From Magallana gigas (taxonomy: Eukaryota), in NCBI RefSeq assembly GCF_963853765.1, contig NC_088861.1, forward strand, positions 11,284,001 through 11,348,000: a DNA stretch of 64,000 bases, read 5' to 3'. The position numbers and the translations under genes are program-made. This document shows, one piece after another, positions 49,468 to 62,935 of the stretch. Position 1 is the stretch's first letter, and every line of letters begins with the position of its first letter. The notes beneath the pieces are model-generated. The model did no database searches. It was not told the origin of the DNA and saw only the letters and a list, made by a program, of their open reading frames with translations.

Positions 49468-52400
49468 TCATCCTTAGGCAAGGGGGATTCAAAGTTGTGA
49501 AAATTAAGGGCCACACTCATTTTCAAGGGGAGATAATTAGAAATTAATGAATTTTTTTTAGAAATTTTCAAAAATCTTCTTCTCAAGAACCAGAAAACCA
49601 GGAAAGCTGAAACTTGTGTTGAAGCATCCTCAGGTAGTGTAGATTCAAAGTTGTGAAATTCATGACCCCCGGGGGTAGGGTGGGGCCACAATGGGGGGTC
49701 GAAGTTTTACATAGGAATATATAGAGTAAATCTTTAAAATTCTTCTTCTCAGAAACTAATGAGCCAGGAAAGCTGAAACTTGTGTGGAAGCATCCTCAGG
49801 TAGTGTAGATTCAAAGTTGTGAAAATCATGATCCCCGGGGGTAGGGTGGGGCCACAATGGGGGTCGAAGTTTTACATAGGAATATATAGAGTAAATCTTT
49901 AAAATTCTTCTTCTCAGAAACTTATCAGCTAGGAAAGCTGAAACTTGTGTGGAAGCATCCTCAGGTAGTGTAGATTCAAAGTTGTGAAAATCATGACCCC
50001 CAGCGGTAGGGTGGGGCCACAATGGGGGGGTTGAAATTTTACATAGGAATATATAGAGTAAATCTTTGAAAATCTTCTTCTCAGAAACTAATCAGCCAGG
50101 GAAGCTGAAACTCGTGTGGAAGCATCCTAAGGCAGTGTAAATTCAAAGTTGTGAAAATCATGATCCCTGGGGGTAGGGTGGGGCACAATGGGGGGGTCGA
50201 AGTTTTACATAGGAATATATAGCGTAAATCTTTAAAAATCTTCTTCTCAGAAACTAATCAGCCAGGAAAGCTGAAACTTGTGTGGAAGTATCCTCAGGTA
50301 CTGTAGATTCAAAGTTGTGAAAATCATGACCCCCGGGGGTAGGGTGGGGCCACAATGGGGTGGTCGAAGTTTTACATAGGAATATATAGAGTAAATCTTT
50401 AAAAATCTTCTTCTCAGAACCTAATGAGCCAGGAAAGCTGAAACTTATGTGGAAGCATCCTCAGGTAATGCAGATTCAAAGTTGTGAAAATCATGATCCC
50501 TGGGGGTAGGGTGGGGCCACAATGGGGGGGTCGAAGTTTTACATAGGAATATATAGAGTAAATCTTTAAAAATCTTCTTCTCAGAACCTAATGAGCCAGG
50601 AAAGCTGAAACTTATGTGGAAGCATCCTCAGGTAATGCAGATTCAAAGTTGTGAAAATCATGATCCCTGGGGGTAGGGTGGGGCACAATGGGGGGTCGAA
50701 GTTTTACATAGGAATATATAGAGTAAATCTTTAAAAATCTTCTTCTCAGAACCTAATGAGCCAGGAAAGCTGAAACTTATGTGGAAGCATCCTCAGGTAA
50801 TGCAGATTCAAAGTTGTGAAAATCATGATCCCTGGGGGTAGGGTGGGGCACAATGGGGGGTCAAAGTTTTATATAGGAATATATAGAGTAAATCTTTAAA
50901 AATCTTTTTCTCAGAACCTAATGAGCCAGGAAAGCTGAAACTTGTGTGGAAGTATCCTCAGGTAGTGTAGATTCAAAGTTGTGAAAACATGATCCCTGGG
51001 GGTAGGGTGAGCCCACATTGGGGGTGGGGGAGTGTTAAAGTTTTACATAGGGATATATAGAGTAAATCTTTTAAAATCTTCTTCTCAGAAACTAATCAGC
51101 CAGATGATTCTTTATAATTGTTAAGACTTTGGCTCCAGGACAATTCTTTGGCCTCACAAGAAGGTTCAGAGTTTGATGTAGCTTAATATCCCATATATAA
51201 ACAATTGTAAGGGATCTTTTTGAGGACTGCAATACTCAACATGTGATATGACTATAAAATCATCCTGTTAGAAAAGGGACTAATGAATATAAGCATAAGA
51301 ATATCCAGGGGGAAAAATGGATTTTATTTATACAGGATCTACATATATTATTGTACATTGTCCAGATTGTTTGTATTATAACTCCATTAAGCTGATTTTA
51401 TCATACCTATTGTTCCTCAGGAGAGCGATGTGGCCCATGGGCCTCTTGTATTTCTAATTTTAATGTTGTCAATTTCATTAGTCTTTTTACGAAATCTATT
51501 TTTTAGTGACTTTTGTTCAGTTATTTCTTTAAGAACATGTAAATTCAATTTGCCTTACAGTTTTTCCAAAACAAAAATTATTAATCAACTTCTTTGATTT
51601 TGATAAAAAAATGAATTAGTAATAATGATTTACTTTTTTTTCTTATGCTATACCAGCCATTTTAAATGCATATAGGGCCATTGGAAAAAGTTGTTTATGT
51701 TATACATGCAATAAATATGATCAGATTATGAAAAACTTTGAGCTCATAAATATCCAAATCTATATTTGGTATATAATTACCTTTTGTTGTCATAACAAAT
51801 TTTAAGAAGCCATAGTATAAAATTTATTTGTTCCTTCGTAGATTTGGAAAGTGAGCGTAGAACCAGACGGAAAATGTTGTGTGGAGTTTCTCTCCAACTT
51901 GAAACGACACTCCAAGTCTGTCAATGTCTGCAGATTTTCTCCTGATGGTTTGTTTTGATAGATATCATTTTCTCTGGCTAAAGATAAGATATTTTCTTTA
52001 AGATTTTAAATGAATCCAAAATGTATTCGAGTGTTTAGAAAATTAATTAGTAAGAAATAATGTGACATAAAAGTTAACTCACAGCTATTAGAAAGGATCT
52101 TTATGTCCTGTGTTTTGATTCTTTTTATTTCTTGCTTTATCTCTTTTTTGTAGGAGAATATTTAGCAACAGCAGGAGATGGTAATGTATAAATATCACTC
52201 TTACTGAAATAAAGAAGTAATAATTAATTAAACACGATCTTTAAATAATACCCATACTTATTGTAAGAATATTTTTTCAAGTTCTTATCTCAAAAATTCA
52301 AGAATCAGAATCTTGCTTTGTTATATCTCAGCAAATGAGGAAATGCTGAAAGATCAACTCGTCATTTCCTTAAAAATTTTATTCTTATAGTATTGTTACC

Positions 52401-55400
52401 TCTTGATATTGAATATTTTCATAATGTTAAAATAGATTTGAATTTAAATGTGAATGTATTTTTAGATGAAGTAGTCATTATATGGAAATTAAGCGACGCC
52501 TCTGTAAATCCAGGAAATCTCTTTCAAGATGAAGATGAGGATAATAAAGAAAACTGGGTGGCTTGCAAAATTTTCAGGCAAGACTCAAAGCAATAAAATA
52601 ATAGTAGCAACCAGCTCCTATCGGATTTCCAACCCGGTTTTGAAATGCTTACATTTTCAAAAGTGTCATAATGGTCAATGAGTTTACTGGTTCCATAAAG
52701 ATACTGTGATTGAAATCATCAAAGCAGTTTTCAAGTTCATAAATATTTGTATGTTAGTATCAAAGATTAACAATTCTTAATTCAAGAACAGAATGAAAAT
52801 TCAGATCTTGACCTTTGAGCTCCTGAACAATGAGAACATTTATTTTCGGTTGTAAAAGTGCATTCAGGAAAGATAATCATTGCTAATCTAAATTTCAGTT
52901 TCTGAGTTAGGTAAATGATTGGGTTATCTCTCTTTCACTCATTGCAGAGGCCACTTAGCTGAGATATACGACTTGTGTTGGTCTTCAGATGGCAAGAAAT
53001 TGGTGTCAGGCTCCATGGACAACACTGCCATTGTGTGGGATGTTGTCAAAGGTAGCGATTATTAGGCCCAAACAGAATTGATTGTTTGTTTTCTGGTCAG
53101 AAATTTGATATTAATAATGCAACAGGGATGTATTCCTTTTTTATTGCAAGATTTTTAAAGAGGAATTTATAAATCTTTATATACCTATTTGATATGACAA
53201 TAAAATTAATCCTTGCGGCAGCATTTGACCAGATATAGCCATGCTTAAGCCAAAAAAAAAAAAAAAAAATTGATTTATCTGTAAAAAAAAAAAATTCCAT
53301 GTAACATGTACATCTTCAATTCACTCACAGGTTTGCTCAGCAACAATTGCATTTTTTGGGGTATAAAATTAAAATAAAAAAAATAAAGAGATTTGATATA
53401 AAAAATATTTATTGATATGACATTTTCTCCTATATGGGCAATTTATCTGCTACTTCATATTTATTTCACCTTTTAAATATTAAAAAGAATTGCTTAAGGA
53501 ATATAAATTCATCTTTAATAAGACATGGTTTATTAGTTTGAAAATTTTTTGTACCGTATTTATGCTTTACATCAAAAGTTTTATAAAAAAAATATTGTCA
53601 ATTTTTTTTTCTAGAACAAAGGGTTGCTCTGTTCAATGAACATAAAAGTTTTGTACAGGGAGTGGCCATGGACCCCCAGAATGAATATGTTGCCACCATG
53701 AGCACTGACAGGTAAGAGATTAGGATACCTAACCTTCTAGCCTGGTCCTGATAGCCTTTCATACATGCAGGTGTGAATCAAATTTTGCAAATGAAACACC
53801 CCCCCCCCCATATTTTTTCACATCTAAATTCACTCAAATCGCAGAGAGTGTTGTAGGCAGTCTTACTTCCATTTTTAGATCTTGACACAAAATTGCAGAT
53901 TTGATTATCATTTTTAATGTTGAAAAGGAACTGTTTTAATCTCACTGTCAATTAAAATGACATGATTTTGTCTTTAAGCAAAATATTCTTACAACTTCAT
54001 GAGCGTAAAGTTAACAAAAACATTGTGGAATGAATTTATTTTTATTTTTTGTTGTTGTCTTTTACAGGTCATGTAGAATATTCAATGTCTCCAGTAAAAA
54101 CTGTATATACAATGTTTCCAAGATGTCTCTTCCTGTTCCTAAAAACACAGAGGGCACTCCCGAAACGAAGCCAAAGTCTTTCCGCATGTTTCATGACGAC
54201 ACAATGAGGTCGTTTTTCAGACGTTTGTGTTTCTCGCCGGACGGTGAGATTTTAATAGTACCAGCGGGCTGTATGGAGCTAGGAGAGAATAAAATCATCA
54301 ACTCCACTTATCTCATGTCTAGGCATTGTCTAAACAAGTAAGTCTCTATATTCTGTTTTTGATGGAATAAGTAAGTGTCCAAGTGGTGCAGTGGACAATG
54401 CACTCACTTCTCACCACTGGGACCCGAGTTCGATCCCCATGATCAGCAGTGGTTGTATGTGAAAGGGTATGGTGGTTGCCCGCTTGAACACATGGGTTTT
54501 CTCTGGCACTCTGGCTTCCTCCCGCATCAATTACCAGCTTGCACAAACATCCGTTCCAACAAAAGATATAAATTGTAGAACTTGTTTATCAATCGCTGTA
54601 AAATGATAAAGCTCAGTTCAGTTGATGGAATAAGAGATGATTTTTTTTAGAATATTTTCTTTGTATGAGTTGAACCTCTGAAGATGGATAGCAAATTTGA
54701 AAGTTGGAGTTTGTTGAGCAAGTTGGTAGTTACATATTTTCACAAGAAATGTCCAGCGTATTCAATAATGCTAAGCAGAAAATAGTAAAAAAAGCTTGCT
54801 GAACAATTTTAAAGTCATGTTCATATTAATGTATTCAACAATTTAAAGCAAGAAAGAGAGACTTGAAAAATTTTTCTGTGTACATAGGCAGAATGACTTT
54901 ATGGAGTCACTTACAATTGTTTGGTAGATTGAGACATTGAACAAATGTTTACCTGAGGTTTAGGATCAATTATTTTTTTAATTACAGACCAGCAGCCTAC
55001 CTGCCAAGTCCTCAAAAAATAACTGTGTGTGTGAGATGTTGTCCGTGTTATTTCAAACTCAGGAGTAGCACTGAGGACTCGCCAGGTATATTTCTATTGC
55101 AGCAAATATAGTGAAATAATAATCAGAAACAGCTGGGTATGTCAATCTGTAACTGCTGCATCAAAATAGTTTGTGTCATTGTGAACCTACTTACATACTT
55201 TCTGTTCAGTTTTATTTTCATATCAATTAGTCAAAACTTCATATACGGTAATTTCTGTATGTAAAACATTTTCAACAAATTGTTTTTGTTATTGTTAGAT
55301 TATGACTAGACTCTAGGTCTGTCTCTTTTCAACAATTTAGTATGACAGTGGCGTTTTCATGTGAATGTGTATCAATAGTCTTGATTCAATTTAAGATCAC

Positions 55401-57608
55401 TCAAATAACAACAAGAAGGAATGGGAAAAGTGCAGGTCATTATTTGCGTAAGTTTTTGTTATGAAACTGTACAAATGAACAATATTTATTACCTGGAAGA
55501 GTTCTTAATTTAGTGGCAATCATATTTTAGTACCTTTAGTGATATTTCTTATCCACTCTGAAATACATTCTAACATGATTAAACAATTAAAACACATGCA
55601 AGCCATCTCCAAATGGGCCAATTCATAATAACACTAAGACAACAAAAAATATTGTGGTAAATTTTAAATGTGCTAATGTTTGTTTACAGTTTGTATTTTA
55701 CATGTATTTTTATGGGAGCCATTTTGAAATGATCTTGAAATAATATGACATAAGTTCTGTCCCTTGTTTTCAGACTGCCCTACAGAATGGTGTTTGCTGT
55801 GGGTACAGAAGATGCAGTATTGCTGTATGACACACAGCAACAATCTCCGTTTGCCTACATCAGTAATATACACTACCACCAACTCAGTGACCTTGCATGG
55901 TAAGGGAATAAAAGAGTTGGCAAGTTGTTGATCACATCAATTTATACTCTCATCTTGGTGATGTAGCACGATAAATACTTAATTCAAAGGAAAGACTTAG
56001 CATGGACAGTTTTAAGTCATCTTATGATCCATATGTAATGACTTTGTTTAATAAGTTCTCAACCCCCCTATTTAGCATGTTAGTCTTTTAACTCGGTGAC
56101 TTACAGTTTGCATAGATTGGTAAGTTCAAAACATGCACTAACTTACTTATGTAAGTTCTTCAAAGGTTCATGTAATATATACCCTATTAAGTTCTTTAAT
56201 TCAGTATATGCATGACATTGTCAAAATCGATTGCATTTCATTGCTAAAATAACCAGTAATTAAGTAAATCCATATCTGAGTAATCCTGGTGCTTTATCCA
56301 CTTATCTACCCACTATGGTGTCATTGATAAATAAACAAATGTACCAATATAAATTATTTTGATCTCAACAATTTAACTTTCTTTTATTAAAAGTATATGC
56401 CACTGTGTGTTGAGGATTGCTGAATAACATATGTTTCAATATAAAACTATATATTGAAAGTACCATGAATTGTATTTTAAATTACTATGATTTTTATTTG
56501 AAGGAGTCCAGATGGGAGAACTCTGTTGATCAGCTCCACTGATGGATATTGTACTTTCATAAGGTTCGGGGAGGACGAACTCGGGGAGCTCTACACAGAG
56601 GTGAAAGTAGCAGATAACTCAGAAGTCAAAGAAGAGAAAATGACAGCAGAAAAATCCAGCCCTACTGCTTCTTCAGTAAGCTCAAAGGTGGGATATTTCT
56701 TATCATTCTCAACAAACTTTGAAGTCTGTCTGATAGTTTATATTTTTTTGAATTTTCAAAAAGTTTGATAGCAGATGATTGAATTAGTTGAATAAAAAGT
56801 ATAAATTAATGTCCAAGTAAACTAATGATGATTTAACCTGCAAATTTATATAATGTTTATTGTGATGTAGGCTCCATGCTATTTCCTCATGGTGAATAGT
56901 CAACAAAACTATAATTCACCAGCAACATTTTATTCTTGGGACTTTTGTGGTGTTATTTAGATAGCTACTACAAAGTGGAAGTATGATAACCTGAAATTGT
57001 TTACTAACTTACTCTGCATGACTGACTGATACATTTTTCTTCAGTTTAATAAATTGCTTATTTATTGTTTACTGATTCTCCAAACATTCAAAAGTGTATT
57101 GTCCCCCTTGAAAGGCACATTGGGGGACAGTAAACTGCTGTTGGCCTGAAAGACAGCAATAAGGTAAATAGAACAAGCTCAGGTCCTACTTCTTCAAGAA
57201 AAAAGAATTGTGCTCACGGATCGTTCAAAGAACTTTCATGTTTTCATGCTAATTTTTCTGTTTCAGTCTGAGGAACCAGTTATTATCATGGACACGGACA
57301 CAAGTAGCGGGGACCTTAACCTGATCCTGGAGACCACCAATGATGCTACCTCTCCTGTCATTACTGAACACAACCAAAAAGACTCTGAAAATAGTGCCAA
57401 AACGGACTCTATTAATGCGAAAGGTGCTAAGACTCCATCTGGCATGGAGACCACCCCTTCAGGGAATAGGAAGTCAGAGGCAAGGCAGGGAAACTCTTCC
57501 ACACCCACGGGGGTGAAAACTGTCCCTGAGGCCGGGTCCAAAGGCACCCCCTCAGGCCAGCCCAGGAGGATTCAGTTTATAACGCTGTCCAATGGGAAAG
57601 CATCTTGA
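47106..57608 (+). CDS. CHAF1B: Chromatin assembly factor 1 subunit B (p60, WD40). Exons 47106-47228, 51842-51947, 52154-52180, 52466-52577, 52948-53051, 53615-53711, 54068-54337, 54988-55085, 55396-55447, 55774-55899, 56504-56687 (alternative donor after 56675), 57267-57608.
   Basis: [22 protein letters not shown]; [30 protein letters not shown]; [13 protein letters not shown]; [20 protein letters not shown]; [22 protein letters not shown]; [15 protein letters not shown]-terminal PRRIQFITL is an ASF1-binding B-domain-like motif. Phases are consistent. Confidence 0.95.
47347..47748 (+). mobile_element. Truncated Helentron-associated non-autonomous element (HINE) in CHAF1B intron 1
   Basis: TTTTTAGCTCACCTGAACCGAAGGTTCAAGTGAGCT head (short inverted repeat) followed by a GTCC/GTCT microsatellite; same layout as the full copy at 49312. 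Confidence 0.8.
48556..48670. repeat. 31-bp inverted repeat around a ~53-bp spacer, probably part of an unclassified element
   Basis: TGCGACCAGTTCTCACCGAGTACCATTTCTC versus GAGAAATAGTACTCGGCGAGAACTGGTCGCA. Confidence 0.75.
49312..51449 (+). mobile_element. Full HINE (Helentron-type) carrying about 9.2 tandem Cg170-type ~166-bp satellite monomers
   Basis: Head TTTTTAGCTCACCTGAGCTGAAAGCTCAAGTGAGCT, then a GTCC/GTCT microsatellite. Monomers begin AAATCTTCTTCTCAG at about 49572, 49736, 49901, 50069, 50235, 50402, 50569, 50735, 50899, with a partial one at 51072. The 3' end is CTCAGGAGAGCGATGTGGCCCATGGGCCTCTTGT (palindrome). Confidence 0.92.
54377..54632 (+). mobile_element. tRNA-derived SINE with a Meta-like central domain, in CHAF1B intron 7
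   Basis: Head GTGGTGCAGTGG...GACCCGAGTTCGATCCCC (A/B boxes). Core GGGTTTTCTCTGGCACTCTGGCTTCCTCCCGCA resembles the conserved GGGTTTCCTCCGGGTACTCCGGTTTCCTCCCAC domain. The 3' tail is ...ATAAAGCTCAGTTCAGTT. Confidence 0.75.
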
Positions 57609-58257
57609 AGGATGGTTTTTATTATGAAGGAAGGGATTTGTCTTTTCAATACTGCCATACGATTGGATAGAATCATACTAGTACATGTAATGATATTTTG
57701 TTAGTGAAAGAAGTTAATGGGATGATGTAGTGTTCTTAGTGTAATTTGGGAATTATATTCTCTTTATTTATGCTAAAACAAAACATTTACTGTCAAAATG
57801 AAATGAACTACGAAGTGTGATTTATTTCTGTCGTCTTCATGTATGTTATTAAAATTTCTGCCAAGTTCACAAATGTTTGTGAATGAAATTCAAGGCAGCT
57901 TACAGTAAATGATAAGTTAAATGAAAGTTTCTATCTTGAGTATTCTCCCTTGGCATGGTTTTTGTCTTGTATGTACATGTACATTGAACAACTTAATTCA
58001 TATTTATTAAGTAGATTTGAAAGAAAATTCATTTTACTTTATATCAGTTGCAATGTTAAATCCTCTGAAATCAATCACTTTTAAAACTATGAGTAATGAC
58101 AGTAATGACATGTTGTCATTTGAGCAAATAAATGCTGAAAGTACTTGAATGTGATACTTTTTGATTAATGAAACGGTACATATGAGCCGCTAGAAGACAC
58201 ATTCAGATATAACTTTCTGTATTTTATTTATTCATTGTATCAATCATGTACCCGTAC

Positions 58258-59231
58258 ATTTTTAGGTCACTTGAGTAACTTGGGTGACCCATGCCATTAG
58301 TCTTCATCCGTAGTCTTGTGTTGTGTAACGTTTGTCATCTGTTGACAAATTTACATTTTGTTACATCTTCTCAAAAACCACAACTTGGCAGTAAGCATCC
58401 TTAGGTAAAGGGGATTCAAGTTTGTTAGAATGAAGCGACACACCCTCTTTCAATGGGAGATGATTAAGAACTATTTAAAGTTTGTTGGTCTTTAAAAGAT
58501 CTTCTTAAAAACCAACCGGCCAGAAAATCTATAACTTGTATGGAAGCATCCTCAGGTGGTTTTAATTGTGAACAGTCTGTTAAAATTTTCTTTTTAGAAA
58601 CTAATCAATCAGGAAAGCTTATACTTGTGTGCAAGCAACATCGGGTTGTGTAGATTCAAGTTTGTTTAAATCATGATCCCCGGGGGTAGGATGGGGTCAC
58701 AACAAGGGGGGAGGGGGGGGAGGCAAATTTTAGTGTGGATTCAAATTCATTAAAGTCAAATTTTAGAGGAGTAGGGTAGGGCTACATGGGGGGTCTACGA
58801 GTAGTTGTACAAATGAAAACATTTTAATTATTCACAAAAATGGAAATGTTATCATGTATGGTTTTTCTTTTATGCAAGCATTTTGACATATTGCTGATTC
58901 TTTAAAATTGTTAAGACTTAAGCCACTGGACGATTCTTGGGCCTCACAAGGGGTTCAGAGTGTGATGTATGTTTATATCCCGTTTATAAACAATTGTTTA
59001 GGATCTTTTTGAGAACTGCAATGCTCAACATGTGATATGATTATAAAATCATCTGGGACTGGATCATAAACTCAAGAATATTTGAGGGGGGATGGACTTT
59101 TATTTATACAGGATCTACATGTACATGTATATATACCACATTGTCCACATATTTTTATTATGACTCCATTAAGCTGATTTTATCATGCTTAGTGTTGCTG
59201 AGGTGGGCGATATGGCCCATGGGCCTCTTGT
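58258..59231 (+). mobile_element. Older diverged HINE with degenerate satellite monomers
   Basis: Head TTTTTAGGTCACTTGAGTAACTTGGGTGACC, diverged GGAAGCATCCTCAGGT / GATCCCCGGGGGTAGG monomer pieces, and the same 3' end GGCGATATGGCCCATGGGCCTCTTGT. Confidence 0.8.
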
Positions 59232-59298
59232 ATGGCGAAAGTCAATGTAAGCTTGACTATAAATCATGTTATCAGTTTACACTTTTCACCGCAATAGT

Positions 59299-59507
59299 NN
59301 NNNNNNNNNNNNNNNNNNNNNNNNNNNNNNNNNNNNNNNNNNNNNNNNNNNNNNNNNNNNNNNNNNNNNNNNNNNNNNNNNNNNNNNNNNNNNNNNNNNN
59401 NNNNNNNNNNNNNNNNNNNNNNNNNNNNNNNNNNNNNNNNNNNNNNNNNNNNNNNNNNNNNNNNNNNNNNNNNNNNNNNNNNNNNNNNNNNNNNNNNNNN
59501 NNNNNNN
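59299..59507. other. Assembly gap (N run)
   Basis: 209 N characters. Confidence 1.
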
Positions 59508-59904
59508 AATTGCTATTGTCAAATTTTGGAGACAAGATGAGATAAAAAAAAACAACAAAGAAAACAAGATCCTACACTACAACGAACAAAGAAATTATAA
59601 AAAAAACAAAGGCTTTATTTTAAACTGTTTTGAATCACCGTTTAAAAAAAATGAATTGAAAGGATTACGGTTTTCATGAATTTAAAGATTTTTTTTTTTT
59701 TGCTTGTCAAATTTTTTTTAGATGAGTTTGGCCACCACCCCACTTTCAAAAACGATGCTACGTACCTGGCCAATTATTAAGCTCAATAAAAATCATGTGC
59801 CGGTTTCATTCATAAGTCGATCGATGTTGGGACATGTCCTACATAAAATCTGATCGCCTTTTCTGCCGCAATCACGTGCACGTGATTTACAGGCTTTGCT
59901 GACA

Positions 59905-60480
59905 TAAGGTATGTCTTTTCCTCTATTTTTTTCCCCCAACGTTTTCTCAAAAACGCTTCAGCCGACTTTAATGAAACTTTCAGATCTTATTTATGACAAA
60001 ATTTGTAAGAAAATGACACGAGATTTTTTTTGGTTGTCACTTCCGGTACCGAGATATTAAGGATTTTAAGTTTTTGCTTGTTCACAACTTTTCTCAAATA
60101 GTATTTTAGAAAGGATTTTCAAATTTTCAGAGATTGTAGAGAGTGAACGGCCGCAGTGCCCTTCGCATATCCGATCGTCTGCCGTCACTTCCGGTCGTCA
60201 CCGGAAGGATATGAAAACCCTAAATTTTTTGAACTTGAAATTTTTGTTATTATTCGATAGAGACGCTTTCAAAACCCCCGAATATAAAATTTGTTTTAAA
60301 ATCGATCCACGCATTTTCGAGAATTTTGGCTCGAGAGTCTGTGCATCGTCGGTAACCGTGGTTTGCGACGATGGAGTCTGCGTAGCTCAGTCGTTAGAGT
60401 GTTGGACTTGTGCCCAGGCGACCCGGGTTGAGTCGCCGAGTGCGAAATATTTTTTCTTCCTTACATTTGTAATTGTGTTA
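59905..60480 (+). mobile_element. Repeat-like element with internal GTCACTTCCGG repeats and a tRNA-like patch at 60382-60440
   Basis: GTCACTTCCGGT recurs at ~60036 and ~60184. GTAGCTCAGTCGTTAGAGTGTTGGACTTGTG...GACCCGGGTTGAGTC resembles tRNA boxes. Boundaries are approximate. Confidence 0.45.
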
Positions 60481-61722
60481 GGTAGATGATTTTATATTTG
60501 AAATGATAGATTTTATTTATTTCCATTTTAATTTTATCAAAGTTTACAATAATAGCGAGTTTTAAAGTATAATTTAAGTGTATGTCTATTGAAATTCTAA
60601 TAGCGGGTTAAATGGAATTTGATGACGTGTTTTAAGAAACGATAGAAAAGAACAACTATCCCTCTCACCCCTGCGAATGTTATTGTCATTCAAATTTTAG
60701 ATCACGTGGTTTTATTTGACCCTTTCAGTTTCGCAGTAAAAATCGTACCTCGTGTATATAGTCTATTTCACAGTATCTAGGTTCTTGTAGTCAAATAAAA
60801 AATCTCGAGATACATAGATTTTAAACTTTATCTTCATTAATTGGGGAATAAAATGTGTTCTATATAGAAATAAATGAGACTACACAAAAATTAGTTTTTG
60901 TCTGCTGCAACAGCAACAACAACATGCATAAAAGAGATCTCTCCTGAGGATTAATTTTCGATCCGCGCCTGACCTAGTAATTACATCAATAGTGAAACAG
61001 ACTATACCATTTTATGCAGATTGTTCCTTGAAAATGGCTTGATATACTAAGTTTTGCAGATTTAAGCACACCTAGTGTTGACTTGCAAATATGAGTGTGA
61101 TTTTGAAATCTGTATTGATAATGTTGTCAAGAAATAAATTACATTGGTAAAAACGAAGGCAATCTAGCACTACAATAAACACTACTAAAGAAATTATAAA
61201 AAGAACAACAACTACATTTTAAACAGTTGTGCTTCACAGTGTTAAAAAAGATATTAGCAATGTGGCTGATCACTCTGGAGCAATCTATACACCGAAAATA
61301 TCAGTAGACTCACTTTTATCAGTTGATCACATAGATATGTAACGTTAAATGTCTGTGTTAATAAATTACTTTTTTATGCATCGGGATCAGTCAACAAACA
61401 GACGCGAAGATGTGGTGGGTGCTATGTATATAATTTACGATCAATAAAAAACAACTGCATGTGTGCAAATCATTTCTGCAGCAGATTGTACATATCACGT
61501 GTTTTGATTTGAGATATGTCTTTATGGAATATGAGTGTTATATTGAAATTTTGGAATTCTTTTTGATAATGTTGTCTATCTATCCTTAGCAGACGAGAGG
61601 TTGATTGAGTTTTTATAGAAAGATTTGTTAATTGTGTATTTGAATGACCTTCTAGGAAATGCATTTTTCATGATAGATAATATGTTTTACGGTGCGACCG
61701 CTGGGGCGGCGAGCGTAGCAGA

Positions 61723-61854
61723 NNNNNNNNNNNNNNNNNNNNNNNNNNNNNNNNNNNNNNNNNNNNNNNNNNNNNNNNNNNNNNNNNNNNNNNNNNNNNN
61801 NNNNNNNNNNNNNNNNNNNNNNNNNNNNNNNNNNNNNNNNNNNNNNNNNNNNNN
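61723..61854. other. Assembly gap (N run)
   Basis: 132 N characters. Confidence 1.
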
Positions 61855-62519
61855 TAAGAAATGAGGGTGGTTAACAAATGAATACAAGAACGTAAAAAAA
61901 GATAATTTTAAAAAAAAATCAGACTCTCTCCATAGAGGATCTGATTTTTTAAAAATGTTTGTTTTAAGTAATTGTGTTCAATGAATATAAATAAGGTTAT
62001 AAAATATATCATAAGTGGATAACTTGATCAAAAAAAAGTCAGAAGATGAAAGGGGAGGGGGGTGTGTGTCGTTGGTTCATGTTCTCAAGCATCTGGCCTT
62101 TTGACTACGCTAAAAGAAAACGCAGAAAATATGTAAAATTATATTGGTTTTCTAATTTGAATCTCTGTTTTGAGAATTGTAACCACCCCATTCTTACAAG
62201 CATAGATTTTATTTCAATTTTATGTAATGTGATCGAAGTAAATTTTGATAAAAGGATCCTATTTAAAGATATTATATTTCCCCCCTTTCATCAACACCTT
62301 GGGCTATTACAAGCACCTTCTGATGAATGGAACAGAGCAATTAAGTCTTCGTTTTAAAATGCCTAGGTGTCTATGGTCCATGTTCTTTGAACTCGCAGAG
62401 CATGAAGTTGTTTTTAAATCTCTTAAATTGCATAGGATCAGCTGATTTCACTAGAAGAAAACAACAAGGAGATTAATTACACTGACGTAAGTATAAGGTC
62501 AATTGCCACCATTTTGCTA

Positions 62520-62935
62520 CCATTGAAGCATCCTAAAGGATTATAAATTATGAAAAAATATGATCTTACCACTCGCAAGGCTTCGATCGTGAGCAGCCTC
62601 AAACAAATATGCAACAAGAGCCAAATATTCAAAAGTCTTCTCTATTCCCACAATTTTTTTAAAAAAAAAACCAACTAGATGTATGGTTATGATGCCCATT
62701 AAGCCTTCTACCAAAATTGGGAAATTCATTATCAGTGGGTCGGGGTTTCAGGCCCTAGATTGCAGGCAAATAAGACTATATAGACGAAATCTTCTATTTC
62801 TGCAGCAGGAACAGATAAACTGAATCTATTGTTATGATGTACTTGAAGCCCTCTACCAAATATTTGAAAATATTGACCAGGGTCAAGGACCAGGCCCCTG
62901 GGTAGAGCCGATATTACCGCAGTGAAATTATTTAA
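62520..62935 (+). repeat. Diverged tandem units of a second satellite-bearing element family
   Basis: GAAGCCxTCTACCAAA.TT..GAAA.T...GGGTC.GG...CAGGCCC unit at ~62700-62760 and ~62845-62905, with a weaker copy at ~62524. Confidence 0.5.

Noticed and set aside
49434-50022. Repeated minus-strand ORFs MWPHPT...[15 protein letters not shown]
   Set aside because: Translation of satellite monomers.
49572-51105. Regularly spaced repeats suggestive of a CRISPR array
   Set aside because: Whole 166-bp units are repeated with no unique spacers; eukaryotic satellite.
57087-57163. Possible extra CHAF1B exon ending at AATAAG|GTAAAT
   Set aside because: All three frames contain stops; at most a poison or cryptic exon, with no support.
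59141-59679. ORFs spanning the N runs (also 61625-61887)
   Set aside because: Artefacts of assembly gaps.
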